Assembly: GCA_051362555.1 (NCBI GenBank)
Contig: CM120644.1
Span: forward strand, 9,742,954-9,806,953
Source of the DNA: Lingula anatina
Taxonomy: Eukaryota; Animalia; Brachiopoda
Reading direction: 5' to 3'
Length of the DNA stretch: 64,000 bases
The first letter of the stretch is position 1. The number at the start of each line of letters is the position of its first letter. The notes beneath the pieces were generated by a model. It was not told the origin of the DNA, ran no database searches, and worked only from the letters and a program-made list of their open reading frames with translations. Below, piece after piece: positions 11,421 to 25,700 of this stretch. The translations under genes and the position numbers were made by a program.

Positions 11421-14400
11421 AGCTGGAATTTATTTATTAATATTTTTTCTTTTGTTTCTCTCATTTTCTTTCGTTTTTTTTTAAGTATATCTGTCAGAGA
11501 AAAAATGTGTATTCTATAGTATTATAGTAGTATATGTTATTATGTTGGTGGTTGGTGTTCTTAATATATATATTTTTTCTGTATGCTAATGTTGATGATC
11601 ATTTCAGATGGCTTGTAGTGGATGAAAATCTTCTCCCTATGTGGGCTTTACTGGCTGAATTACTTCAGATCCTTGAGAGAGGAAAAACCTGTGGTGTTCT
11701 GCTCAAACCATCATTTGTACAGGTAGTTTGTTTGTTTGTTTGTTTGCCTCGTGTCTAATTTAGTGAGTTAAAAGATTGTCAGTTGTTATTAAGTGAATTG
11801 TGCATAAATTGCACTAGACATCAAGGACAGTAACTGTTACAAGTTATTGTTTGGTTTCTAAAGCTTCTCGTCACTTTGATATTTGGGTTTCTGACCTATT
11901 ATTTCCATTTTCAATTCTTTTTACACATAAATCTTTATCTCTGGACTTCTGTATTTATCTCTGTCTTACAAACAATTGTATTTATTAGCAGTAATGTTAA
12001 ATAAAAGTTTCAGTGATGCTGTGTATGATAGTTCTGTCTGCATATTTCATTAACCATTTTATCCTTCCATTCCATCTTTTAACAAGACCCTGACTGACAT
12101 GTTCACCACAACCAATAAGAATGCTGCTTACAAATCATGTCTGAGTCATGTGACCTGTTGCTGTAGGATTGTTCTTGAGACATCATCTTACTGCCATGTA
12201 GTGGCGTCCAGGTTTGAAACTGTGGTAAGTCTGGATTCACTGTAGTGAAAAATGTGAAAATTCTTGTTGGAGGACTTTGGTGAAGATATTTTTTAATCAG
12301 CCTTTTTAGAATTTTTCCTTTATATATAATATCAAGAAGTGGTAATATGTTCTTGTCAATATCAACTCCACCATCTCCATTTGTTATAGATAAGATTTAT
12401 GACTTAAAAATGATTCTCTCAATTATAAAACCATTGTGACCGTTCACTCGTTTGCTTCAGCTGCAGCTATTAAACAGCTATGTGTTAGTGCTGTTGCAAA
12501 GGTGTTCTAAGATGAGTGACAGTCATGGTGGTGATCAACAGTTGTTTCTTCATGTGCTGGATTTGCTGCTGACACGATACAGTATTCTACAGAGACAACA
12601 CGCCAATCAGAAACAGGTAATTGTGTAGAGTGACACACATTCTCTCTCTCTCTCTTTCTCTCTCTCTCTTTCTCTCTCTCTCTGATGAAATCTGCCTTTT
12701 TCTTTGGCCTGTGTAATTCCTGGCAATTTGATTTGTTTATATGGCAGTTGACTTTCTATTGAATTTCATTGCGTGAAAATTCAGCAAAGACATTCTTTTT
12801 GGATACTCCTTATGTGTAACCTTTATTAAAATGGAGGCAATGTAATTAAAAAATCGAACTCATGCACATTACAATTTCTTGATTGTCATCTTCAATTTTT
12901 CTTCTAGGTTTTCCATGCTGTTGTAGACGGTGCTTTGGTGAACTTTGTGCTACTGTTACAGAGTCTCAGGTTGTCCTCTAAGATGGGCATAGCACAGAAA
13001 TTACAGGACATTATTATGGCTGCTATCTACCACAAGTGAGTCCCTTCATCAAAAGAGATTAATGGTTACCAATTTGCACCTGCAGTTTCAGCCAGGAATG
13101 CAAGTTTAACACATGTTGAATAATTCTGGTGAATGATGCCAGATATTAAGTAGATCAGTGATTTGTAGATATTAGATTATATATGATAAATGTTTTTATA
13201 TTTGAAGAATTTACAAATCTCAACCCATTCTGAATGTTAGATGATCTTTTAATGTTTATCACAGAATATGTAAATTAATGGTACCACAACTAATGAAAGA
13301 AGGAAAAGGAAGTTGCATTTTATGATATTTTGTGATGAGTTATGTATGTGTTCACTGGGTATTATTTATAAATATATAATGCATTCCAGGGATCACCAGA
13401 GCCAGTTCTCACTCTACATGTCCATCTTACAAGGAGAGACTGATGCAAAAACTCAACCACCCAAACTACAGGAGGATATGTTCATGAAACTGAAGACTTC
13501 CACAGAGAAAATGGTATTTGTATATACAGGATATTTATTTGAGATTATTTTTGAGTCAGATATCGATATACTATTGAATCTTTTTTATATATAAATTAGG
13601 TGTATTTCTTGCTCTCATTATGTGCTTATAAACACTTAGCCTGTGTCCACAAATTTCATGTAAAATTCATGATAAAATGGAGGATATTTTCCCCCTCAGT
13701 TGACCTAACTTCTGAAGTGTCATAGTACATAGATAAAATTTTGATTCGGGGTGGACATTTTTTTCAGTTAAAAGGGTAGTTTTTTTTTTTAAACCCCCAG
13801 ACCCCTGCATGTAGACCTGTGTTCTGTTTTCTATTTCAGATGAGTTGTCTTGAACTTCAACATCAACAGGAAGCAGTTCTTAACTTTATCTCCATGTTGT
13901 ACGAGGGGTTCTTGGCTAGTATAGGGTAAGGGATATACTTCCATTCAACGAGTTGTAATGCCTCAACTCTGGCATTTTTTCTTTCAGTAGTTTAATGTAA
14001 TGTGTTTTGTAACTGTTCAGAAATCAAAGTTCATGTTTCGCAAAGCACTAGTTCTACATAAATTGTTTGGAAGGACAATTGTTTAAAGCTTTAACTTCAT
14101 ATTTTGAATAAAAACAATTATAGAAAAATTCCAGAATGTTTTTTTCTACTTAAAATATATTTTTATTATTTCAATCTTTTTTTAAATGCAGTTGTTTCTG
14201 TTTATCAATGTGTAATCTATAACATGTATCCACCAGAACATCAAGTACAGCAACACAAGGGTTTGCCATGTTGAAGCACCTGTGCGACCATTTTGGAATA
14301 ATAAGCCAAGGCAGTCCAATCCCAGCCCAGATGAGGATTTCCACCCTGGCTTCATTACTAGAGGTGCTACACAGGAAAGATGTTTATAATGCTGTTACAG

Positions 14401-15289
14401 ACAACAGCAGTGGTGGACATCAGATAAAATGGCTGCAGGGACTGGTGGACTTTTTGCTCAACAATTTTCAGTAAGTTGCTGGGGCCATTAATTTTGCCTT
14501 TATAACTATAGAGTTTTATGAAACAAGGGCTGTTGGACAAATAAAATGACAAGGTGATGGTTATCTTCCCTAACCCCCCACACCCCACCCCCACCATTTT
14601 ACCCACTTATGCAGGCACTTATCAAAAATTACTATCAATAGTGAAGCTGAATGTAAGGTGCGCTGTTGCTTCCACATTACTGCAGATACACATTTTATGC
14701 TGTTTGTGAAAAGATATTAAATTACCTAAATAGCTATATCTTCACAATAAATAAAACATTATTTATTAATATACTGGCAACCATTTTCCAGGTCTGTTCC
14801 ATCTTGGTATAAAAGTGTGAGTAGTTTACTGCAGATCAGCACAGCCACCATACAGACCAAGTTACAGCAGGTGTTCGAGGTGGGATGGCTGAACACGGGA
14901 AACATGGTAAGATTTGCAGATTTCTTCAGTAAGAATAAAGCAGTGATTTTTCTTCTTTCAACAGCTGGTATTGTTGTATTAAAATTATACGTTTATTTCT
15001 AATATTTTGATGTCTGCCCAGAGCATCTCAATCCTGTCAGGGATTGAGGCTATCCTGTAAAAGGCTTCTATTCAGGAGAGATACTTCCCCCTGAATAATT
15101 TCAATACCAGCTGGGGATTGAAGAAAAATTGATGCCTTATTCTTAGTACATAACACAACATATGAAATTCTTTTCTGAGGTACACAATCTGCTTTCATCA
15201 TGTAATTCATGCTGTATGACATCTTTGATTTGATGGCCACATTACATTTGTTCAAACCATTTGATTAAATGTGTTTGCGCATGAGTGAG

Positions 15290-15340
<51 letters not shown>

Positions 15341-16689
15341 TTTCCTGGGTATATTGAATTTCACAAAGACTAAATTGAATGCTTTCACTTCTTCAGCTTG
15401 ATCCACCAACAACAGCAGCCCAAGATTTGTTGTTCTGTGACATCATAACAATGCACGAGAAGTTACGACGTGTGCACAAGTTGATTGGAACATTGCTGCA
15501 GGTGTTACGAGGACATGATAAGCGTGCACAACTTCCAGGAGGCTTTGTTGAGAAGTGAGATTACTTTTAATTTTTCATTCAAAAAAGTGACATTAGTAAC
15601 AGAATGAGGCAAAACCCGTATCCTTTTAAACAGTACTTTGAAAAAAAAGGGAATACAGTAACTTAGTTTGTCATTCAGATCATTGAAAAGAACACTTTCT
15701 TATTGATGTTATACAGAGCTTGAAATGACCCAAGAAGCACCATACCTGTCAAAAAATCCCCACAATTTGAACCACTGGAACTTTTGGTGTCTTTACTTGT
15801 TTTCAGTGACAATTAATAATACATCAGGTAAAGAACTGCAACCAGATAAGAGGATACTTTCTTTGTTTGAAAGGTAATACATTTGTGAGGGCCTTTATAG
15901 GACATTACACTTTCTGGTAATACATAGAAATGTTAACGTAAAAAATGACTGAACCATTTCTATTAACTTATAACATTTCTGTTTCAGATTTTCTCAGTGT
16001 GTGGCACAGTTGCCCCAGGGTCAGACTGTCGATATATGGGCTAGTATTCAGGATGAAGTTTCAAGCTTCTGGGTTAACAATTTGCATCTAGGTGAGTAAT
16101 AACAGTATTTTATGATCTCTATCGCAATGTTTTTGAAATCAATATAAATATGCAAAAGTCAGCAGTGACAGACCCAGTGGGCCTAGGGGGTGGTGGTGGT
16201 TGGGAAACTCGGATCAGTCTGACAGGTGCCCCCTCTTCCCCTAAGGTTCAGAGGTAACCCCTACTGTCCTTTTTCCTGTCCAAGAACAGTATGCTGTACT
16301 AAGTAATACAAGACATAAGCAAGCAGTTTCTCCAACTCTGTCCTGTTATCAACTAGTTTACATTTGCTGTGTGCAGCAAGCCAGAAAATATTTCCCCTTG
16401 CCCCCGCCTTAACAACCTTAGCAAAACCATAGATCTGTTAGTGCCATCACATGACAAAGGCACCAATAATAAATGTATACTTACACTAACATTCCAGCCA
16501 CCTTTCCAACTGTGTGTGAGTTGTACCACCTGTGTCTCCACCATGCCAGGTTATTTGACTACAGTGTCACAGGTCAGACCACCAAGAGAGTCAGCATTCT
16601 CACAGAGGAGATGAAAACCAAAATATTGCTGCCAATGTTGGAGAAAAAAGAAGGGAAAAAGGTATCTAACAGTTCTTTTATTTCGATAA

Positions 16690-16753
<64 letters not shown>

Positions 16754-19700
16754 ATGGTAAAAATTTTTTTTTCATAATTTCAACAATAGTGTTACTTACA
16801 ATTTTTACAGGTCTTTCTGTCAGTGAGTGTTATTCTTAAAGCCGAGCTAGTATCTTACAATAAAAAGTTTTTGAAATGTATTCTAGTACAGTTTCTGATA
16901 ATGCTCTGTTTATCTATTAGCAATATTTGTGTATGATAAAGAACCATTAGAGAAGCACCCTGTGTTTGATTATTTCAGCAGGACAGTGTCTGGTCATCTG
17001 TCATTCTTTTGAGTCATGCTTGGGGAGATGTTTCCTTGATGTCAAGCATTTATAAACAACAGTCCATCACCATGGAAACCAGTCTCCATGGTTACCTCAC
17101 CCAGCAACAGTGGAGTGATATAGCACAGAAAATCATGAAGAAAAAATGGCCTTGTTCTCAGTTACTCATGGTAAGAAAGATTAAAGAAAACATATTTAAT
17201 ATATAGATTGCAGTTTTAGAGCTTGTAAAAAGGACTTGGTTTAGATTTTTTTTTTTTTTTTTTAAATAAGGATGTGATATATTTGTAGTCATACAGTAGA
17301 TAAAGCATATTAAAGTAAATTGAAAAGCACTTTTTATGTAATTGAAAAACATTTTTCATAAGACATGTAACTCTAAATATTATCCCAGCTGAGAATCTCA
17401 AAAGAAGGGGCATTACTAAGCTCTGTATACTCTCTTAGAAGATTTTATTTATTAAGTCTCCAATTATTTAGTCATTCAGTGGAAATTAAGACAGTGTTAA
17501 AGATTTAAATCAAATAATTTTATCATTGATCTCTTTACAGCAAATGCTGTCTCTCCAGTCCCTGAGGTATCATCTTCTGTATGGATCCTCCATGACAGAA
17601 AGTAGTTCTGAGTTGTTTAGCAACCTGGCAGAAGAAAGCGTATCATTGGTTGTCACTAGCTGGGAGGAACTGGATGGAGCAGAAGTAGCAGTGTGGGATG
17701 GAAGGGTATGTTTTTGATTTTAATTGCACACATGTGACCAGTGAGCACAGTGTTTTTCTTTAATGTTGCATCATTAACAATTTCAGCAAAGAATTTCTTT
17801 AGCTTTTTTATTTTTATTTTTTTTTTGTATTCAGAGTTGCAATAATGCATTGTGTCTTCAAACAACAACTCAAAAACTAGAGTTAATTATTACTGCTCCA
17901 ATATTTTGGTCTCTGGTAACAAGACACATTTTCATTCCTATTGTTTCAAACCAACACCAAATTGTGGTCTAAATGTGTAAGCCAGTTTCGCTGCTGCAAT
18001 TCTTGTGACCTTAAGACAAGCTGATCTTCTGCCTAGGTTGAATCAGGTGTGACCTTTTCCACAATCTCCAGCAACTTGATATTTCAGGTGCCCTCCCTGT
18101 CCAAGTTCAATCTTCCTGTGGCCCAGTGGCATCTGGTGGTCTCCAACCTTCCTCTCCTGATTCCTTATCTCAGTTCTGCCACGATACACAGACTTGCCAG
18201 CTTGATGGTGGGAGCTGCACTGAGGGAAGAAGATGACAGTGAGGGGTGAGTGTGTATGAAGGCAGGCTAGAGACCAGACAGCTGGCACATTAGATAAATA
18301 CGCTTTCAGGAGTGCATGTTAATACCTGAGAGAGAGAGATTGAGTTTACGAATTGAGTCCAGTCTTTGTACTTATTAGGTAATAGAATAAAAATGATTCT
18401 GTATAGTAATCAGACAACCGCAAACTAACACTGTTAAGGTAAAGGGGCATTCAATATTGTGTTCACATTTGACAGAATTATTTGAAATTTTTTATGTCCA
18501 TTTCTAGGTCACCAGTTAAAGTTATCAGTGTACAGTTCATGACAGGTTCTGTTTGCCATGAGATGGCACCACTGCATGGGTACTTTGTGTCTGAGGTGTT
18601 TGCCAGGATAGCCCAGTGCCTGCGCTCAGCACGAGTGCTAGAGGGAAAAATGTAAGTTGATATTCATGCCATTGTACATGTGCAAACATATTTTAAGTTT
18701 TGGGTTCTAGTTAGATGCATAGAGCTTGACAGAGATATATATTTTAAATATTTTCTGAAGATGTCCTGTAAAAATAAGTTTAAAAGTGCATTTAATTGGC
18801 ATTATTGTACCACCAGCGTAGGAGTGGCGGTACACATGGTTTTAGTCCCGACCCGTATGTTCCGCCGGCTCCGCCAGCTCCTGCGGCTCCTGCGGCTCCG
18901 CCGCCAAGTCACCGTTACCGCTTCTCCTCCTAGACGGTAAGGGCCTCCATACCCATCTCTTGGATTTAGGTCACCTATAATCTCAACTCGTTCCACGTAA
19001 AATTTGGGCTTTGTCGGTATTGGGGTCTAGGTGTGGCACTCATTGCAATGCACCCTTGTCCAAAAATGGCAAAATTAAATGCTAATTATCTCCCCTACAG
19101 AAGGAATTATGGGAAAAATTTCTACAGACAGCTTTCCAAAAGTCATATGTGTAGATTTCAAATATGCCCTTGGATTTGACCTTTGACCTTTATTTTAAGG
19201 TCAAACGGGCCAAAATTTTCAAAAAAACAAAATTTTTGCCGAAAAAAAAAATTATTTGCGGTCTTATTCAGACACCACACAGACTTAACTAATAATATTA
19301 ATGGAAAGTGTTACCCTTCAGGTCATCTTTCATCTCCGTGAATTTGGGGTCAATCGGTGCATTTTCACGGGAGTAGCGGCCATAAGATATCGAAACTGAA
19401 AACTGTCTCTAATTCGGGAACCGTTAATGCTAGACACCCATTCTTTTTAGCATTTTGCAGAGCATGTAAAGCCCAACACTGGAGGTGGTCTCCGTTTTTT
19501 TGTATTCCATACGGTTTTCGAGTTACGCTGTATCAAAAAGTACATATTGGTGGTGAAAGCAAAATGTGCAGTACGGTAATGGATAATAAATTTTGAACTC
19601 CGGAAAAATAAAACATAAGGCTTGGCAAAGCAGACAACTTGTGGTCAAAAATGACATTATTTCATCAAATTTGAACATCTGGAACTTCAGAGCACCTCCC

Positions 19701-22700
19701 ATTTCAAGAATTTTGACCAAAATGACCTTTTCTTTATTTTAATTAATTTTTTTTTTGTAGGAAATTTATGGCACATTATGGTAACTCCAAAATTATAACA
19801 TTTAGTCCCTTATATCTCCAAAACTGGCAGAGATAGGTCCATAGTTACTATTGAACTTCAATAGGAAGTCATACACTGGCAATCTAAATGTGACCTTAAA
19901 ATTGACCTTTGACCTACTTTTCACCATGAACTGAACTTTGCAAATTTTGCTTCCTTTTTATCTCCAAAACTGGCAGAGATAGGTCCATAGTTTCTATTGA
20001 ACTTGAATAGGAAGTCATATACTGGCAATCTAAATGTGACCTTAAAATTGACCTTTGACCTACTTTTCACCATGAACTGAACTTTGCAAATTTTGCTTCC
20101 CTTTTATCTCCAAAACTGGCAGAGATAGGTCCATAGTTACTATTGAACTTGAATAGGAAGTCATATACTGGCAATCTAAATGTGACCTTAAAATTGACCT
20201 TTGACCTACTTTTTACCATGAACTGAACTTTGCAAATTTTGCTTCCCTTTTATCTCCAAAGTTACGCTGTATCAAAAAGTCATATTGGTGGTGAAAGCAA
20301 AATGTGCAGTACGGTAATGGATAATAAATTTTGAACTCCGGAAAAATAAAACATAAGGCTTGGCAAAGCAGACAACTTGTGGTCAAAAATGACATTTCAT
20401 CAAATTTGAACATCTGGAACTTCAGAGCACCTCCCATTTCAAGAATTTTGACCAAAATGACCTTTTCTTTATTTTAATTAATTTTTTCTGTAGGAAATAT
20501 ATGGCACATTATGGTAACTCCAAAATTATAACATTTAGTCCCTTATATCTCCAAAACTGGCAGAGATACGTCCATAGTTACTATTGAAGTTGAATAGGAA
20601 GACATATACTGGCAATCTAAATGTGACCTTAAAATTGACCTTTGACCTACTTTTCACCATGAACTGAACTTTGCAAATTTTGCTTCCCTTTTATCTCCAA
20701 AACTGGCAGAGATAGGCCCATAGTCTCTATTGAACTTGAACAGGAAGTCATATACTGGCAATCTACATGTGACCTTAAAATTGACCTTTGACCTACTTTT
20801 CACCATGAACTGAACTTTGCATAGTTTGCTTCCCCTTTATCTCCAAAACTGGCAGAGATAGGTCCATAGTTACTATTGAACGTGAATAGGAAGTCATATA
20901 CTGGCAATCTAAGTGTGACCTTGAAATTGACCTTTGACCTACTTATTATCATGAACTGAACTCTGCTAATTTCTTTCTCTTTTAACTCCAAACCTGGCAG
21001 AGATAGGCCCATAGTTACTATTGAAGTTGAATAGGAAGTCATATACTGGCAATTTACTGTGACCTTGGAATTGACCTTTGACCTACCTTGCGATGAACTT
21101 AACTTTGATTGTACCATTTTTAGTAATATATATATTTTTTGCATATTTTGAAAATTCTTGTTGATTGCATTTTTACAGCTTGTCAAGCACAAGACTGGTG
21201 GCTGTGTTCCTTATTTTGTATATGTGGGGGTCTATATGAATGCGCTTGCTCCAGCTGGTGGTACAATATTCGGAGGCGGTATCGCCTCTCTGATCCTCTA
21301 GTTATGACATTTATTTTTATGATGAAAGCTAGTGTCTTAATGTGTAAATGACTGTTTTAGTGTGAAGAAGAGAAAATTGTTTTGGGAAGAGTGTGTAGAT
21401 TTACTGGATACAGCAGCAGTCACTGAGGCTAAGGACAGGTAATCTGTTGACTATTCCGTCACCAGCAAAATCTGGTAAAGATAATAATGTATTCAAGACA
21501 ATCATTTGTCAAACATGCAACCTACTATATTGATGTTTGAAGTGTTGACTGAAAATAAAATGACACAAATTACAGCATTTTTGATGTTTCAAGCATGAAA
21601 AAGAATGAAAAATATTTAGAAAACATAGTAAAATTAATAGGATGAAAGTGTAAAAGACAGGTTTTCTGCCTGCCAGGAAGTCTAAATTTTGAATTCTGCT
21701 CACAGCAGTTGGAAATAATGTTACGAGCTGGATTTAATTACTCAGCTAGTGTTTTTTCGTTTTTCCAGTGGAAAGGAGAACACTCGGGCAGTGGAGAAGT
21801 TGAACCAACTTTTGAAAGAAAGATGTAGACTTCCTTGGTTCAAGTTTGATATCAAGACTGTCCTGGAATGTCTACAGGTCAGTTGTAGGAGTGCCCTCTT
21901 GTAGCAGAAACTTTTACTGAAATGTTGAAGTGTTATAATAAAAATATAAGAACAAGAATTTTGTAGTAGTATGTATTAGAATAAATTTTTTATAAATCTT
22001 TAACTAAAGCTAACGTGGGACATGTAAACTTGTATAACAAAAATCATGTAATAAATTATTTAAGAGTACATCATTTTATGACTTTTTTTTATTTTTCAGC
22101 TTCTAGGATTGGAGTTACTTAAAAAGGAAATATGAGTTAAATGCCATGGCTTTATACAATATAGTCCATGAGCCAAAGGCCAAAAAATCCAATTTGGCTG
22201 CACCCCCCGTCAGGCAAAGGTTTTATGATTGATTCTTGTAGTTTAGAACCTGAATTTTTCATTTCTGCTTGTTTCCGGCTTGAAAAAGTGTCCGTTTGTA
22301 CTGGAAACAGGCCAAATCCAAGATGGCCGCCAGTAAATTCATGTGTCAACTGTAAATACAAAAATTGATTTAAAAGTTACTTAACAACTTAATATTATCA
22401 AAATTTGCACTGATCACAAGTACTTTGGCCTTCTTTGATTTTTCAGGCACTTTACATTTTTCAAGATGGCGACTGAATCCAGATGGCGGCCATTTTCTTT
22501 ACTTTTTGTGAAAAAATACAAATACCTAAATTTGAAATTTTTTTTATTAACCAAAAATTAGGAATATTTTACATGTTTTGATGTATTTGAATAAGTTGAA
22601 GTCTATATTTTTAATTTTTACCAGTTAATTTATCACAAAATTGTACATTTGAACACAGATGGCTCTAATCCAAGATGGCCACCACATAAAATGGGCTTTT

Positions 22701-25700
22701 TGTTTTGATATGTCAACAAGCCTTTCTTAGTATAAAACATCTCAGACTACTTAATAGAGGATTTATTGCACAGGTCATGGTATGAAATGTATGACTGAAT
22801 AATTTAAATTGTTTTGAGATTTTGTTCAGGGTATAAAAATCCAAAATGGCCCCCAATTTCTGGATTCAAAACGTACATTATTTTGATTTGCATGTTAAAA
22901 AACATTAAATTGAATAATAAGTAAATTAAAAATATTTATTTTTTGATAAATTACTCTGTATTGCAATGTCATTTTGCTTCTTATAGACACTTTATTCTGC
23001 CAAAAAGTGGTTAATTTTTCTTCATTTATCATGATTCCAAGTTTGCCATTGATAAAAATGAACTGCACGTGACCCGTATGGACAATACCACATGTTGTGA
23101 GCCTTACTTAAAAGGCTATTTCTGAGCTTTATTGTTCAAGTTATGGAATGGAATACATAACTGAATGATTCAAAATGGTTTTAGGCTTATAGTTTAGGGT
23201 TGGAAAGTCCAAAATGGCCGTCAATTTCTGGATCCAAAACATACATTATTTTGATTTCGTGTTGAAAAACATCAAATTGAGTAATTAGCAAATTAAAGAT
23301 ATTTATTTTTTGATAAATTTATCTGTATTGCAATCTCATTTTGCTTCTTGGACACTTCATTCTGTCAAAAAGTGATTATTTTTGCTTCATTTATCATGAT
23401 TCCAACTTGTCCATTGTTGAAAATGAACTGCAACTACCTGTGTGGACAATACCACGTTGAGAGCCTTACTAAACTGCGTACACAGTATTTCTGTACTTTT
23501 TTGAACTCATTTTTAAATTACTTTTTATCCTTAATAAATTTTTATTTGAATTATTTCAAAGAAACTTTCTCAGATTTTTAGATTGCAATTAATATTCAAG
23601 ATGGCTGCTATTACGTACATTAAATATGCTTATTTATCTGATTCATTACTAATAATATATATATAGAGAGAGGAATTAAAGAAACATTATTTTAAAACCA
23701 CTGTGACGTATATCTTTAATGTATCTTTAACATCCAGGCCTTTCTTGCTACTTTGACCATTCATATTTCCTTAAATTCATCATATTTTACTTGATTGCCA
23801 TAAATCAATGACGGCTACCAATGAAAAAGAGTTGATTATAGTGAGTTGATTATGAACGAAAGCTTTATGTCTTTCTAGATTTCAAATTGAATGTCTTTTT
23901 CATGCAATAATTCATCTACAGTATTTTTTAATACAGTTCAAATTTTTGGAAGGCTACAGAATTGAACAAATGATCCCTTCTGATTTTTTGCCCATAAATT
24001 CTCTGTGCGTAATGAGAAAAAAATCAAACTGCATTGAAAATGAATATAAAAGGCGTAATGTACATGTTTTTGATAAAACTGTATATATTGCAGACTCCTT
24101 TTTCCTATTTTGGTATGATTTTGAAGCTTTCTCTATTTAAAATATTTCAATGTTTCAAATATGACAGGATATCCAAGATGGCAACCATACTACTATTAAC
24201 TGTGAATTCTTACCATAAGCCATTCATGTAAATAAAAAAGTAAAAATAATCGAAATCAAATGTTAATTCTAAAAAGTTATACATTTAATTAATTTGAATG
24301 AATTCCAGTCTCCTTTTGCTAGTAAGTAATGGCCAAAAACATCAATAAAGTCAAGATGGGCTGCCACTGCAAATGATTTTCAAATAATGGGTCTGGGACA
24401 ATCATTACATCAAGTATTTCTTGAATACATCATTTTAAAAAGTTAAGCCTTTATTAAGAAGTTTATTTTTTTTATATTTTAAACAAGGTTCATGTCTACA
24501 ATATTCAATATGTTCACCACTCAAGTTAAGAGTCTTATGCAGCAATGAATGTTTCAATTTGGTATCCATAGTCTTCTAACATCGGATTCTCTCATGGCTC
24601 ATCTTTTCCATGTTTTGTAAGCAAGCTGTTTTAGAATCTACAAGCAAGGGAGGTGTTACAGGGTTTATGTCAGTATTTCATGGTGATTTTGCTTCAAAGT
24701 CTATTCATTTTGCTGTAGCGAGTTGTTGACTTCTTTTAGTCTTTCTTTGAGAGACAATTAGATTTATTCTACTTTGCTGTAAATAATGTTTACTCCTTTG
24801 CCAGTGTGTCACTGTGTGGAAATAAACAGGCTGCTTTTGCAAGTTTCAGTCCTTAAGGCTCAACCATGGTCTTCCTCTGAGATTGCTACCCAAAACCAAT
24901 TGGTCAAATAGTACAGTTGACAGCTGTTTTGGGATTTTGCTATGCAACATTCATCTAGTTCACATGTCCAAGTCTACTTAGTCTTCTTTAGCACAGAAAT
25001 GCCTGTTTAAAACTTCTGTAATAGTTACTCTGGCTTGCCTGATGATGCCAAAGGTTGTGTGCAAACACTTTTGTTTTAAGAGAGTGAGCCTCTTGCCAAG
25101 TGTTTTCAGGTCTCTGATCCATATACACACATGTATTCGGGAGCCTAGTATGCATGCTTTATTACCTCTTCCGAGAAGGTCACATTTTCATCTTCGTTTG
25201 TCCATTTGTTGTGGTTTCTCAGATTGTTATCAGCCTAACTCAAAAATTTCAGGATAGACTGAAATGAGGTGTTCAGGATAGGTCATTTTTTAGGCTAAAA
25301 GTAAGTAGATTTTGGTGGTCATCTATTTTTTAATTAGTTTATTAAGAAAGTTTGTTTTAGTCTGTGTTTCTCCAATGTTTGGATCTCCAAATATTTTTCC
25401 TCTCAACAGAATAATGTTGGATTTTAAAAGAATTCATGGAACATATTGAGCAGTACCTATCCGTGAAGTGCAAGAATTACCTGCACCTATATATACATTG
25501 TATCATAAACATCATTTGTCATGTTGTGCTTGAACTCCTTCATCGTCACTTACATGTGCCATACATCATTCACCATCAATGTACTTCACTTCGCAGCACC
25601 ACTTCATGAGTTCCCTGTATGTATTATTATCCAGCACTGTTCTCTAAAGAGACAAAAGATGTTCTTGGAGATCCAGACATTTTCTTGCGACTTCTTTGCT

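Noticed and set aside
19810-21100. Regular repeats resembling a CRISPR array
   Set aside because: These are contiguous 146-bp monomers with no unique spacers, in a eukaryotic context with no cas genes.
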